Shown here piece by piece: positions 49,301 to 58,172 of a stretch of 64,000 bases of DNA (its first letter is position 1; every line of letters begins with the position of its first letter). Source of the DNA: Patescibacteria group bacterium (GTDB lineage Bacteria; Patescibacteriota; Patescibacteriia; XYB2-FULL-38-15); assembly GCA_041737355.1 (NCBI GenBank), contig JBGSRW010000007.1, positions 10,556 through 74,555 of the forward strand, in the 5' to 3' direction. The notes under the pieces are model-generated. The model saw only the letters and a list, made by a program, of their open reading frames with translations. It did not search any database and was not told the origin of the DNA. A program made the translations under genes and the position numbers.

Positions 49301-50146
49301 ATGGAAAATTCTGTTTTAATTTATAGTCAAGAAAAACTAGAAAAAATAAAATTGGCCATTGCGAAAGACGGGCCGGAGAAATTTCACGTGCTTTCGGATT
49401 TCGATCGGACACTTTTGAAATCGTTTGTGGACGGACAAAAATCTCCGTCGGTGATTGCCCAAATCAGAAACGGAAAATTTTTAACGCCTGATTACGCGCC
49501 ACGAGCCCACGCTCTTTCTGATAAATATCGCCCGATGGAGCTTGACCCGATTTTGAACCGCGCAGAGAAATCCGCGGCTATGCACGAGTGGTGGAGCAAA
49601 CACTTTAATCTTTTAATTGAGTGCGGCCTCTCACGGCAGGTGATGCAAGAAATCGTGGCTACTAAAACTCTGCACTTCTGCGACGGCGCTCTGGAATTTA
49701 TTGATTTTTTGCACGAACATGAAATCCCGCTTATCATAATGAGCGGCGCACCGGGCGATATGATTGCTATGTATCTAGAGCAAGAAGGCCGGCTTTATGA
49801 CAACATTCATATCATCGCAAACTTTTTGGATTTCGATGCCACTGGGAAAATGCTTGGGGTAAAAGAACCGATTATCCATTCTCTGAACAAATATGAGATT
49901 ATTTTAAAAAATTTCCCGGTTTTTGAAACAATAAAAAATCGACACAACGTGCTTCTCTTGGGCGACAGCCTGGACGATGTCGGCATGGTAGAAGGGTTTG
50001 ATTATAAAAATTTATTAAAAATTGGTTTTTTGAATGAGGCGGTGAAAGAAAATTTGGAAAACTTTAAAAAAGCTTTTGACGTCGTCCTACTCGGTGATCC
50101 GGGGATGGACCACGCAAATACTTTGCTGCGCGAAATATTTATCTAA
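49301..50146 (+). CDS. HAD hydrolase, pyrimidine 5'-nucleotidase (cN-III/UMPH-1)-like
   Basis: SDFDRTL, M.EWW, IIHS.NK, NV.LLGDS..D..M, LKIGFLN, FDVVL..D. Confidence 0.8.
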   Translation: MENSVLIYSQEKLEKIKLAIAKDGPEKFHVLSDFDRTLLKSFVDGQKSPSVIAQIRNGKFLTPDYAPRAHALSDKYRPMELDPILNRAEKSAAMHEWWSKHFNLLIECGLSRQVMQEIVATKTLHFCDGALEFIDFLHEHEIPLIIMSGAPGDMIAMYLEQEGRLYDNIHIIANFLDFDATGKMLGVKEPIIHSLNKYEIILKNFPVFETIKNRHNVLLLGDSLDDVGMVEGFDYKNLLKIGFLNEAVKENLENFKKAFDVVLLGDPGMDHANTLLREIFI

Positions 50147-50157
50147 AAGCTGTTATA

Positions 50158-50190
50158 AAAAAACACCCGGTGTGCGCCGGGTGTTTTTTT
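50158..50190. terminator. Bidirectional terminator
   Basis: aaaaaacacccgg...ccgggtgtttttt. Confidence 0.8.
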
Positions 50191-50205
50191 ATAATATCCG
50201 TCTTC

Positions 50206-51354
50206 TTATTTTTTAATTGGCATGACGATGTAGAGGTAGTTTGCGCCTTCGGCTTTTGGCCGTAAGAGGCAGGGGCTTTCGCCCGAAGTGAGTTCAAGAG
50301 AAACCTCTTCTGTTTCCATCGCCCCTAGCCCGTCCAACAAATATCGGTAATTCAAAGTAATTTCATTGTTTTCTCCCTCAATTTCCGCTTCAAGTTTAAC
50401 TGTGTTTTCTCCAAACTGGGAATTGGCCGAAGAAAGAACGAGCTCGCCGCCCTTTTCTTTGCCTGGCTTAAAATCAAAAGCTACGTCAAAAATTCCCGGC
50501 TTGGCAAACAGACTTGCTGTTTTTATAACCCTAACCAAATCGTTGCGGTTAAAGGTCGCCCGGGTTTTCCAGCTTGAAGGAATAATTTGTTTGTAATCCG
50601 GATACTGGCCGTCGATAACCCTTGAGATCAAATCAACGCTGTTTAAGGAAAACAAGACCTGATTTTCGGCGAGATAGACTTTGAGAATATTCGGCGCTTC
50701 GGGATCTTCCGTGTCCCGGAAAACGGAAAGAATTCTTAGAACCTCCTGCATGGTGCGGGCCGGCACGATTACTTCACGGGTATTTTCGTTTTCCCCGCCG
50801 GCAAGCTCTACGCTCTTCTCTGCCAGTCTGTAGCTGTCGGTTGCCGCCACGGTAACCCGCTTCTTTGTTCCGTCAAAACGCAGAAGTATCCCGCTTATCT
50901 CCGGCCTGATTTCGTTAGTCGAAGTGGCAAAAATAACCTGGTTGATCGCCTCCCTGAATTTTCCAACATCAACACCGTAGGCCGAGTCTTTACTAATCTC
51001 CGGAATTAAAGGAAACTCCGCGGTGGCAGCGCCCCTTATTTTTGTTTCAAAATTTTTACATTTTATTTCCAACGTCTGGTCTTTTAACTCAAGGTCGATT
51101 TTTTCGTTTGGCAAAGACCCGACGTAATCGGCAAAAAGTTTAGCCGGCAAAGTAATCGCCCCATCCCCGTCTATTTTTCCCCGGACTCCGCATTTTATAC
51201 CGATTTCAAGGTTTGTGGCGAGAAGAGTAATTACTCCGCCCTCTGCCCTAAAAAGAACGTTGTTTAAAATTGGTAAATTAACATTCTTGCTCGCGATATG
51301 GCTGGAAATTAAAAGTCCGCGGTTTAGGTTTTCTTGGGTGCAAGAAAGTTTCAT
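50206..51354 (-). CDS. dnaN: DNA polymerase III beta clamp
   Basis: LPIL.N, ATNLE, ATDSYRLA, SR.IDG.YPDY..IIP, Y.YIVMP. Confidence 0.96.
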   Translation of the reverse strand: MKLSCTQENLNRGLLISSHIASKNVNLPILNNVLFRAEGGVITLLATNLEIGIKCGVRGKIDGDGAITLPAKLFADYVGSLPNEKIDLELKDQTLEIKCKNFETKIRGAATAEFPLIPEISKDSAYGVDVGKFREAINQVIFATSTNEIRPEISGILLRFDGTKKRVTVAATDSYRLAEKSVELAGGENENTREVIVPARTMQEVLRILSVFRDTEDPEAPNILKVYLAENQVLFSLNSVDLISRVIDGQYPDYKQIIPSSWKTRATFNRNDLVRVIKTASLFAKPGIFDVAFDFKPGKEKGGELVLSSANSQFGENTVKLEAEIEGENNEITLNYRYLLDGLGAMETEEVSLELTSGESPCLLRPKAEGANYLYIVMPIKK

Positions 51355-51593
51355 ATCAATACAATTTTATTTTTTAATTTTATATACTTAGTAATAATAA
51401 GCTTTTGTTTTTTTGTGGATAAGGGGTAAAAAGCTTTTAACAGAAAGAAATTTTGAAACCGCAACCTGTGGAAAATTTTTTGCAACCTGTGTATGGTTTT
51501 GGGGAGAGGGAGATTTAAAGGAATTTTATCCCCTGTTTAGAGATTTTTCTTCACAACCTTATCCACCCCCTTTTCCCCTTTTTGTCCGGAATT
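51355..51593. other. Probable oriC (DnaA box cluster plus AT-rich segment)
   Basis: TGTGGATAA 51414, TGTGGAAAA 51467, TTATCCACC 51559; AT-rich 51360-51410; located between dnaA and dnaN. Confidence 0.75.
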
Positions 51594-52967
51594 TTAATTG
51601 CTGTAAAGACGTTGTTTGATTTGCTCGATTTCTTGTTTCAGGCGATCACTGGTTTCTATTTCGTTGGAGATTTTTTCGAAAGCATGCATCGCCGTTGTGT
51701 GGTCACGCCCGCCGAGCTCCTGGCCGATCGCCGGATAAGAACTTTGCAGTTCCTTGCGCATCAGATACATTATTATCTGGCGCGGGAAAGCGAGTCTTTT
51801 TTCCCGGCTCTGCCCGAGAAGTTCTTCAAGCTTCAGGTCGTAGAATTCGGCCACAAAATTGATAAGTTGTTTTGGGGTTGCGGATTTTCTTCCCAGGGCG
51901 ACCTGGGGAAGCAGGATGTTCTTGATAAGGTCAAGGCCGAGAGTAACATGCTGAAATTGCTGGTGGGCGATAATTTTATTTAAAGCTCCCTCAAGTTCGC
52001 GGATATTATTTTGGATGGCGGAGGCAATATAGTTGATAATATCCGAATCGAGGACGAGTTCTTTTTCAACGCATTTTGCTTTTAAAATGGCGATTCTTGT
52101 TTCATAATCCGGTTGGGAAATATCGGCGATCATTCCCCATTCAAAGCGGGAGATAAGCCTTTGTTCAAGGGCGGGAATGGCTTTGGGGGGCCGGTCTGAG
52201 GTCATGACAATTTGTTTGTCCGACTGATGAAGATCGTTGAAGGTATGGAAAAATTCCTGCTGGGTTCCGTCTTTCGCGGCCATAAATTGTACGTCGTCAA
52301 TTAAAAGGAGATCGGCGGAACGGTAATTCTGTTTGAATCTTTCCATGGTTCGGCCCTTGATTGCCTGGACATAATCGTTGGTAAACTTTTCGCTGGTTAT
52401 ATAAATAATTTTTTTGTTGGAGTCGGCGGCGAGAAGAGAATGGCCGATGGCCTGAAGAAGGTGGGTTTTCCCCAAGCCCACTCCCCCATAAATAAAAAGC
52501 GGGTTATAAGTGCTTTTACCCGGGTTATTTGCCACGGCTTGAGCCGCGGCATGCGCCAATTCGTTGTTTTTTCCGATGATAAAATTGGCGAAAGTATATT
52601 TAGGATTTAAACCGAATTTATTTTGAACCGATTCTTTTTTACACTCTTCGTTTCTCGGTTCAGCAACGCGAGAAGACGAGGAAACGGTCGCCGTTTCCAT
52701 TTTTTGGGTCTGGGGTTTTACCATTTCTACCCGATAAACAACTTCTTTGATTTGCGGCCCGACAAAATTTTGCAGGGATTTTAAGATTGATTGGTGATAC
52801 TTTTTTTCAAGCCACGCTTTGGTAAAAGTATTTGGGACGCTAATTAAAACCTTTGCTTCCTCGATACAAGAAACCGCGGTATTTTTAAACCAAGTCGTAA
52901 AATTGGCTTTACTCAAGTTTAGTTCCAGCTCGCCGAGCACTGCCTGCCAAAGTTGTTGGTTAGTCAT
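51594..52967 (-). CDS. dnaA: Chromosomal replication initiator DnaA
   Basis: LNPKYTF, YNPLFIYGGVGLGKTHL, LLIDDVQF, RELEGAL, GGRDHTT. Confidence 0.98.
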   Translation of the reverse strand: MTNQQLWQAVLGELELNLSKANFTTWFKNTAVSCIEEAKVLISVPNTFTKAWLEKKYHQSILKSLQNFVGPQIKEVVYRVEMVKPQTQKMETATVSSSSRVAEPRNEECKKESVQNKFGLNPKYTFANFIIGKNNELAHAAAQAVANNPGKSTYNPLFIYGGVGLGKTHLLQAIGHSLLAADSNKKIIYITSEKFTNDYVQAIKGRTMERFKQNYRSADLLLIDDVQFMAAKDGTQQEFFHTFNDLHQSDKQIVMTSDRPPKAIPALEQRLISRFEWGMIADISQPDYETRIAILKAKCVEKELVLDSDIINYIASAIQNNIRELEGALNKIIAHQQFQHVTLGLDLIKNILLPQVALGRKSATPKQLINFVAEFYDLKLEELLGQSREKRLAFPRQIIMYLMRKELQSSYPAIGQELGGRDHTTAMHAFEKISNEIETSDRLKQEIEQIKQRLYSN

Positions 52968-53086
52968 ACGAGGAAGAGTTATGGTGGATTTGGATCACCT
53001 TTTCTAATATACCACAGAAACAGAGTCGATAAAATGGTCTGTAAAGAGGCAAAAAGTGAATAAGGTGTTGATGAGTTGGGGAAAAC

Positions 53087-53341
53087 TTATTTTAACGGGT
53101 CAAAGCCGCCTTTAGAAAAAGGATTACAGCGTAAAACCCGCCAAAAAGCCTTTATTCCCCCCACCCAAATACCGTATTTTTCGATTGCTGCGTAGCCATA
53201 TTCCGAACAAGTTGGGTGAAAACGGCAGAAACCATTGGGGAAAAGAAAGGAAAAGAAGCCGTGGTCAAAAGAAAGAGTTTTTTGGTAAAATTTGACGGTT
53301 TTGAGTACCGTCTTCCTGGCAATAACGGTGAAAATAGTCAT
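53087..53341 (-). CDS. yidD: Membrane protein insertion efficiency factor YidD
   Basis: CRF.PTCSEY, R.LRCNPF..GG.DP. Confidence 0.93.
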   Translation of the reverse strand: MTIFTVIARKTVLKTVKFYQKTLSFDHGFFSFLFPNGFCRFHPTCSEYGYAAIEKYGIWVGGIKAFWRVLRCNPFSKGGFDPLK

Positions 53342-53682
53342 TTACAAAGTATTTTGAAATAAGAAAGGCCGGCTAAAAGGTCTTTTTCCAGCGTTTGGTA
53401 TGTTTTTTCGGTTGCTCCCGGCAGGGCGGAAATGATCAGGTCATATCCGGGAGATATTTTTTTAAGATTTATCCCAACAATTTCCCGCAATTGCCTTTTT
53501 ATTTTATTCCGTTCAGTCGCTTTTTTGGAAATTTTGTTTCCTACCACGAAGCCAAAACGGGAAAGCTGCTTGCCGTTATTTAACAATTTAAATCCAAGTA
53601 TTTTTGTATAAAAAGACCGCCCAGATTTCCAGATTTTTTGGAAATCTTTGTCGCTTTGGAGGCGGTGCTGTTTGGGCAGCAT
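53338..53682 (-). CDS. rnpA: RNase P protein component
   Basis: RL....DF, RFGFVV..K..K.A..RN.IKRQLRE. Confidence 0.93.
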   Translation of the reverse strand: MLPKQHRLQSDKDFQKIWKSGRSFYTKILGFKLLNNGKQLSRFGFVVGNKISKKATERNKIKRQLREIVGINLKKISPGYDLIISALPGATEKTYQTLEKDLLAGLSYFKILCK

Positions 53683-53686
53683 AGAA

Positions 53687-53827
53687 CTAAACGGTCAGTT
53701 TTTTTCGGCCCTTGGCTCTTCTTCTTCTTAAGACGTTTCTGCCGCCCGGTTTTGCCATTCTTTTCAAAAATCCGTGCACTTTTTTGCGGCGAAGTTTTTT
53801 TGGCTGATAAGTTCTTTTGGTTGACAT
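53687..53827 (-). CDS. rpmH: 50S ribosomal protein L34 (not in ORF track)
   Basis: Manual translation [46 protein letters not shown]. Confidence 0.95.
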   Translation of the reverse strand: MSTKRTYQPKKLRRKKVHGFLKRMAKPGGRNVLRRRRAKGRKKLTV

Positions 53828-53851
53828 AGCAGAGTTAATTATTTACATGGT

Positions 53852-54337
53852 TTAATTAAGTTTTTCTAAAATTTTTAATTCCAATTTGTCGGAAGATGTA
53901 TTATAGACCGCGAAAGTCGCCTTGAAAAACAATCCGGCTAGAGTTCCCGGGTTGGCAAGCCGTGTAACGCCGATTTTTTCTTCCCAGGGTTTATGGGTAT
54001 GGCCGTAAAACACGAGATTATAGTAGTTTTTTTTAGCTAATTCAAGAGCTTTTTCCGGAAAATGAGTAAAGGCAATTTTTTTGCCGTCGGCCACGATTTC
54101 TCCGTATTCCCCGCAGCATGTTGCCCGGGTTTTTCCAGCCAGTTCGGGGCCATCCGCGTTGCCCAGCGCGAAATTTATCTGTCCGGAAAAATTTTCCAGA
54201 ATAAAATCGAGCGTTTCGGGGCTTGCCATATCCCCGCAATGAATAATTTTTTTTATTTTTTCTTTGGCCAGCCAATCCAGCGCCTGTTTTAAGGTGGCAA
54301 GATTGTCGTGGGTGTCGGAAAAAATTGCTATTTTCAT
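53852..54337 (-). CDS. YfcE-like metallophosphoesterase
   Basis: SDTHDN, HCGD, GN.D, TH, YGHTH, NPG. Confidence 0.9.
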   Translation of the reverse strand: MKIAIFSDTHDNLATLKQALDWLAKEKIKKIIHCGDMASPETLDFILENFSGQINFALGNADGPELAGKTRATCCGEYGEIVADGKKIAFTHFPEKALELAKKNYYNLVFYGHTHKPWEEKIGVTRLANPGTLAGLFFKATFAVYNTSSDKLELKILEKLN

Positions 54338-54343
54338 CTTATT

Positions 54344-55624
54344 CTATTTTACGGCAAGTTCTTTCAGCAATTTAATGGTTTTTCTGTTTTTTATAACATT
54401 TTCCAGATACTGTTTTGATTCTTCGGAGCGGACTCTCTCGAGGAGGTCGGGTTCGTTTTTGTAAGCTTCGGCGAGATGCTCTACCTCGTGGTTTATTTCT
54501 TCTGTCGTCGCGGCAATTTTTTCGGTTAAGGCGACTTCCTTCACGACCAGAGCGGTCTTGATTCGTTCAACCGCCCGCGGCGCAAAATCAAGCATCAATT
54601 CTTTTTCGGTTTTTTTAATATTTTTCAGGTAGTCGGCGAAAGTAACCCCCTTTTCCGCCAGCCCGTCCTCAAGTTCGTGGACCATTTTATGAGCTTCGGA
54701 ATTGACCAGGGTTTCGGGGATATCGTCAAAGCGCGATTCGGCCACAATTTGCCTTAAAATCTCTCCTTCCAGGCGGAGATCTTCTTTGTTTTCCATTTCG
54801 GCGAGCAGATTTTCCCGGATAAGATTTTTAAGCTTGTCCAAAGATTCCTGGCCAAGAGTTTTGGCAAAAGCATCGTCAAGAGCCGGCGGCTGAAGTTCAA
54901 AAACGGAGGTAATTTTTATCTTAAAATCAACATTTTTTCCCGCGAGGTTTTTTTGGTAGTGTTCTTTGGGAAAAGGCAGGCAGAATTCCTTGCAGTCTCC
55001 AGCAGAAAGGCCGATAAGTTGTTCGGTAAGACCCGGGATATAATAGGTTTCGCTAAGATAAACTTCGTGATTTTTGGCCTGGCCTCCTTCGAGAGGAACT
55101 TTGTCGAGAAGCATGTCCATATCGAGGACAATTTTGTCTTCTTTTCTCGCCGGGCGGGATGCCAAAACTTCCTTGGTTTGCATTTTTTGTATTTCCTGCA
55201 AGGCTTGATCGACTTTTTTGTCTTCTACAGTGTTTTTTATTCTTGATACCTTTATTTTCCGGTAATCGCCGAGTTTTACCGAAGGGATAAGGGCTACCGA
55301 GGCCTTATAAACAAAGGCGTTTCCCGGAGCGAGTTTGACGACGGAAATTTCCGGTCCGCCGATTGTTTCGGCGTGTTCTTCTTTTATGAATTTAGGATAA
55401 GTTTTTTCAATCGCCAGTTCGGCCGCTTTTTCATAAATTGTCATTTCGCCGACTTTTTGTTTTAGAATTTCAAAAGGAACTTTTTCCGGGCGGAAACCGT
55501 CTATTTTCACTTCCTGAGCCAAAAACAGGGTGGCTTTTTCAAGATACGGCTTCATTTCTTCAACGGGAACCTCAACCTCAAGGATCAGGATATTTTTCTG
55601 TAGGGTTTTTGAATTTAACTGCAT
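54344..55624 (-). CDS. tig: Trigger factor
   Basis: I.GFRP.KVP ribosome-binding motif, FKBP-like domain (IPGL.EQL.G, FP..Y...LAGK), LDDAFAK. Confidence 0.93.
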   Translation of the reverse strand: MQLNSKTLQKNILILEVEVPVEEMKPYLEKATLFLAQEVKIDGFRPEKVPFEILKQKVGEMTIYEKAAELAIEKTYPKFIKEEHAETIGGPEISVVKLAPGNAFVYKASVALIPSVKLGDYRKIKVSRIKNTVEDKKVDQALQEIQKMQTKEVLASRPARKEDKIVLDMDMLLDKVPLEGGQAKNHEVYLSETYYIPGLTEQLIGLSAGDCKEFCLPFPKEHYQKNLAGKNVDFKIKITSVFELQPPALDDAFAKTLGQESLDKLKNLIRENLLAEMENKEDLRLEGEILRQIVAESRFDDIPETLVNSEAHKMVHELEDGLAEKGVTFADYLKNIKKTEKELMLDFAPRAVERIKTALVVKEVALTEKIAATTEEINHEVEHLAEAYKNEPDLLERVRSEESKQYLENVIKNRKTIKLLKELAVK

Positions 55625-55766
55625 GATAAAAAATTACAAATTATTTGATAATTTTAGACTAAATACCTTTTTTTGTCAAAGGAAAAAGGGGAAATCCACA
55701 AAATATCCACAGGTGAGGAAAAATCCGAAAAAAAGACCCGCGATTTGGAGTCGCGGGGCCGGGTTT

Positions 55767-56093
55767 TTAGTCCGGATTTTCAGAGTAGGGGGTCTCGCAG
55801 TTAGGGCAATTACCCGCCCCGGGCGATGGGTCAGGGTAGCCGCAGCCGGGACAAAGCGTTGTTCCGGGAGAAACGGCGTCGAGCTCGGCCAGAGCTTCAG
55901 AAACCTCAAGGGTCAAACTGCTCTGGTGGGCCGTCCATCCATCGTAACAGACAATGCCGGTTTGTCGGTTGCGCTTGATGTGGATTGCCTGCTTGGCGCT
56001 TACGGCCAAGACGCGGCTGCCAACCGGCGTTCCCCCGCAATATACCTGCCACCTTGACCAGTTGGGATCTTCGAGCTTCCGTCTTTTGGCCAA
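55767..56093 (-). CDS. GC-rich hypothetical protein with C-terminal Zn ribbon
   Basis: CPGC...CPNC; TTG start directly after the upstream gene stop; hairpin at about 55737-55765. Confidence 0.6.
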   Translation of the reverse strand: MAKRRKLEDPNWSRWQVYCGGTPVGSRVLAVSAKQAIHIKRNRQTGIVCYDGWTAHQSSLTLEVSEALAELDAVSPGTTLCPGCGYPDPSPGAGNCPNCETPYSENPD

Positions 56094-56094
56094 A

Positions 56095-56364
56095 TCAGTC
56101 CGCCTTCTTTTCGGCAGGAGTTGCCTTGGTCTCGAACCACCGCTCGAGCTCCTTGAAGTAGGCCTCGGCCTTCCTGCCGATCGGCTTGTCCGGCGGCAGG
56201 TGCCTCGCTTCGCTCACCTGGCAAAGGCCATGCTCTTCGGCGATCATGCGGCCGAGAATTCCCAGCCGCGCCTTGAATTCCTTGTGGCATTCGAAGGTTT
56301 CGCCGAAAAGCTCGGCAATCACTCTCATTCGGGCGATTTTTTCGTAGAGTTTCCCTAGTTTCAT
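56095..56364 (-). CDS. GC-rich hypothetical protein
   Basis: Start MKLGKL after GGGAGGAGG SD; promoter TTGACA-17 bp-TATCTT at 56407..56435. Confidence 0.65.
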   Translation of the reverse strand: MKLGKLYEKIARMRVIAELFGETFECHKEFKARLGILGRMIAEEHGLCQVSEARHLPPDKPIGRKAEAYFKELERWFETKATPAEKKAD

Positions 56365-56513
56365 TTTCCTCCTCCCTCTGACGCACCCTTTTTGTGCCCA
56401 CATTTCAAGATAAGATATTTTTGTTTTTTTGTCAAGATTTAAAGAAAAAAAGAGGGGCGGACAATGCTTGGCTTGGTGCCTTACATCGCCCGCCCCGAAG
56501 GTCTGATTGGCCG

Positions 56514-56942
56514 CTAGCCGGTTTCGGCCAGACGGACCGTCGCGCGAAATGCGGCGGCGTCGAGGATGAAACCAAGCGCGCTAATCTTGCGCTCAGTTTC
56601 CCTGACATGCACGCGCTCCGTCTCGTTCCATTCCTCCTCGTCGGCCGAGAGGAGGTGGACGAGGTCCTCGGTGAGACCGCTGGTGAGCGCTTTGCGCTCG
56701 GTCTCGACCGAGACGAGATCCTCTTCGCTCATGGAGGAGCGGATCCAGGTCCGGGCCTCCTCGACCGGGTTCGTGCCGAGCATGGCCCGGACGGCGTCCT
56801 CGATCCAGGTCGGTCGCCAGTAGGCGCCGACCAGGCCGACCGCCATTGCCCGCTCGGTCGTGAAGGTCGACTTGGCCAGCTTTTCGGCCTCGGCCTTGAG
56901 CGCCTCATCACAACGGAATCCACCCAGAATCTCCTTGATCAT
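56514..56942 (-). CDS. GC-rich helical hypothetical protein
   Basis: Start MIKEIL after AAGGAGG SD; promoter TTGACA-17 bp-TATACT at 57007..57035; ggggcgg/ccgcccc hairpin downstream. Confidence 0.65.
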   Translation of the reverse strand: MIKEILGGFRCDEALKAEAEKLAKSTFTTERAMAVGLVGAYWRPTWIEDAVRAMLGTNPVEEARTWIRSSMSEEDLVSVETERKALTSGLTEDLVHLLSADEEEWNETERVHVRETERKISALGFILDAAAFRATVRLAETG

Positions 56943-57143
56943 CCCTCTCCTCCTTGTTGAAATTATTATTGTTTTACCGCACAATATTCCGATTATGCAG
57001 CCTTTTAGTATATCTTAAGTCTGAGATTTTGTCAAGAGTTATTGACAGAATATAGTAAAATGACAAAAATAGCTATATATATGACGTTTTCGAATAATAA
57101 CAAAAAACGGCCCTTCCGGCCGTTTTTGATCTAGTTTTTAACC

Positions 57144-57752
57144 TTATTTCTTTATAATTTTATCGACAATTCCATACCTTAAAGCCTCTTCTGCGGTCAT
57201 AAAATAGTCGCGGTCAGTATCTTTTTCAATTTTTTCCCGCGGCTGGCCGGTATGTTTGGACAAAATTTCATTTAAGCGATCCCTGATCCGCAAAATGCGT
57301 TCCGCCCGGATTTTGATATCAACCGCCTGGCCTTCGGCGCCGCCCATAACTTGATGGATCAAAATTTCCGAGTTGGGCAGAGCGAATCTTTTGCCTTTTG
57401 CCCCGGCCGCTAAAAGCGTGGCCGACATGCTCGCGGCCAAACCAACGCAAATTGTGGAGACATCAGGTTCAATGTATTGGATGGTGTCGTAAATTGCGAG
57501 GCCTGCCGTCACCGAACCGCCCGGGCTGTTGATATATAATTTGATATCTTTTTCTTTGTCCTGGCTCGCTAAAAACAAAAGCTGGGCAATAACCGTGTTG
57601 GCTACCGCGTCGTCAACCGTGTCGCCCAAAAAGATAATCCGGTCCTTCAAGAGACGGGAATAAATATCGTAAGCCCGTTCCCCGTAAGTTGATTTTTCAA
57701 TTACGGTCGGGATTAAATGCTGGGAAGTTATCTCGTTATTTTTTATTGTCAT
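57144..57752 (-). CDS. clpP: ATP-dependent Clp protease proteolytic subunit
   Basis: [37 protein letters not shown]. Confidence 0.97.
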   Translation of the reverse strand: MTIKNNEITSQHLIPTVIEKSTYGERAYDIYSRLLKDRIIFLGDTVDDAVANTVIAQLLFLASQDKEKDIKLYINSPGGSVTAGLAIYDTIQYIEPDVSTICVGLAASMSATLLAAGAKGKRFALPNSEILIHQVMGGAEGQAVDIKIRAERILRIRDRLNEILSKHTGQPREKIEKDTDRDYFMTAEEALRYGIVDKIIKK

Positions 57753-57779
57753 AATGTATTTTTTTCAGCGATTTAAAAT

Positions 57780-58142
57780 TTACGCCGCTTTTTTCTCGCG
57801 GATAGTTTCTCCGCCTTTCGGCCTTTCTTTTTTGATCCCCTTGGCCCTTTGCTTGTCTCTCGCCGCAGAGAGTCTATTATATTTTGTTTCTTTTAACAAT
57901 CTTTTTTCTTTTTCCGCCGCCGCATCCAGATCATCTTCAACGGCATGGGGCGGATTTTTTATCCCAGTTTCGTATCGGGCCGCGGCCTCATCGTGCAATT
58001 TCTTCCGGGCCTCTTCCTCTTCAGACAATTCCTCAGTGGGTTCTTCATCTATTTCGGGCGGCTCATTTTTATCTTCTCCACGTTTTCCTTCATAAAGTTT
58101 TCTCAGAAACTCTCCCTCCGGATTAAAAATTCCTCGCGGCAT
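57780..58142 (-). CDS. Highly charged hypothetical protein
   Basis: 120 aa, E/K/R-rich, operonic between the DHH gene and clpP. Confidence 0.6.
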   Translation of the reverse strand: MPRGIFNPEGEFLRKLYEGKRGEDKNEPPEIDEEPTEELSEEEEARKKLHDEAAARYETGIKNPPHAVEDDLDAAAEKEKRLLKETKYNRLSAARDKQRAKGIKKERPKGGETIREKKAA

Positions 58143-58172
58143 AAATTTAGGAATTAAGGTTTAGAAACTTGT

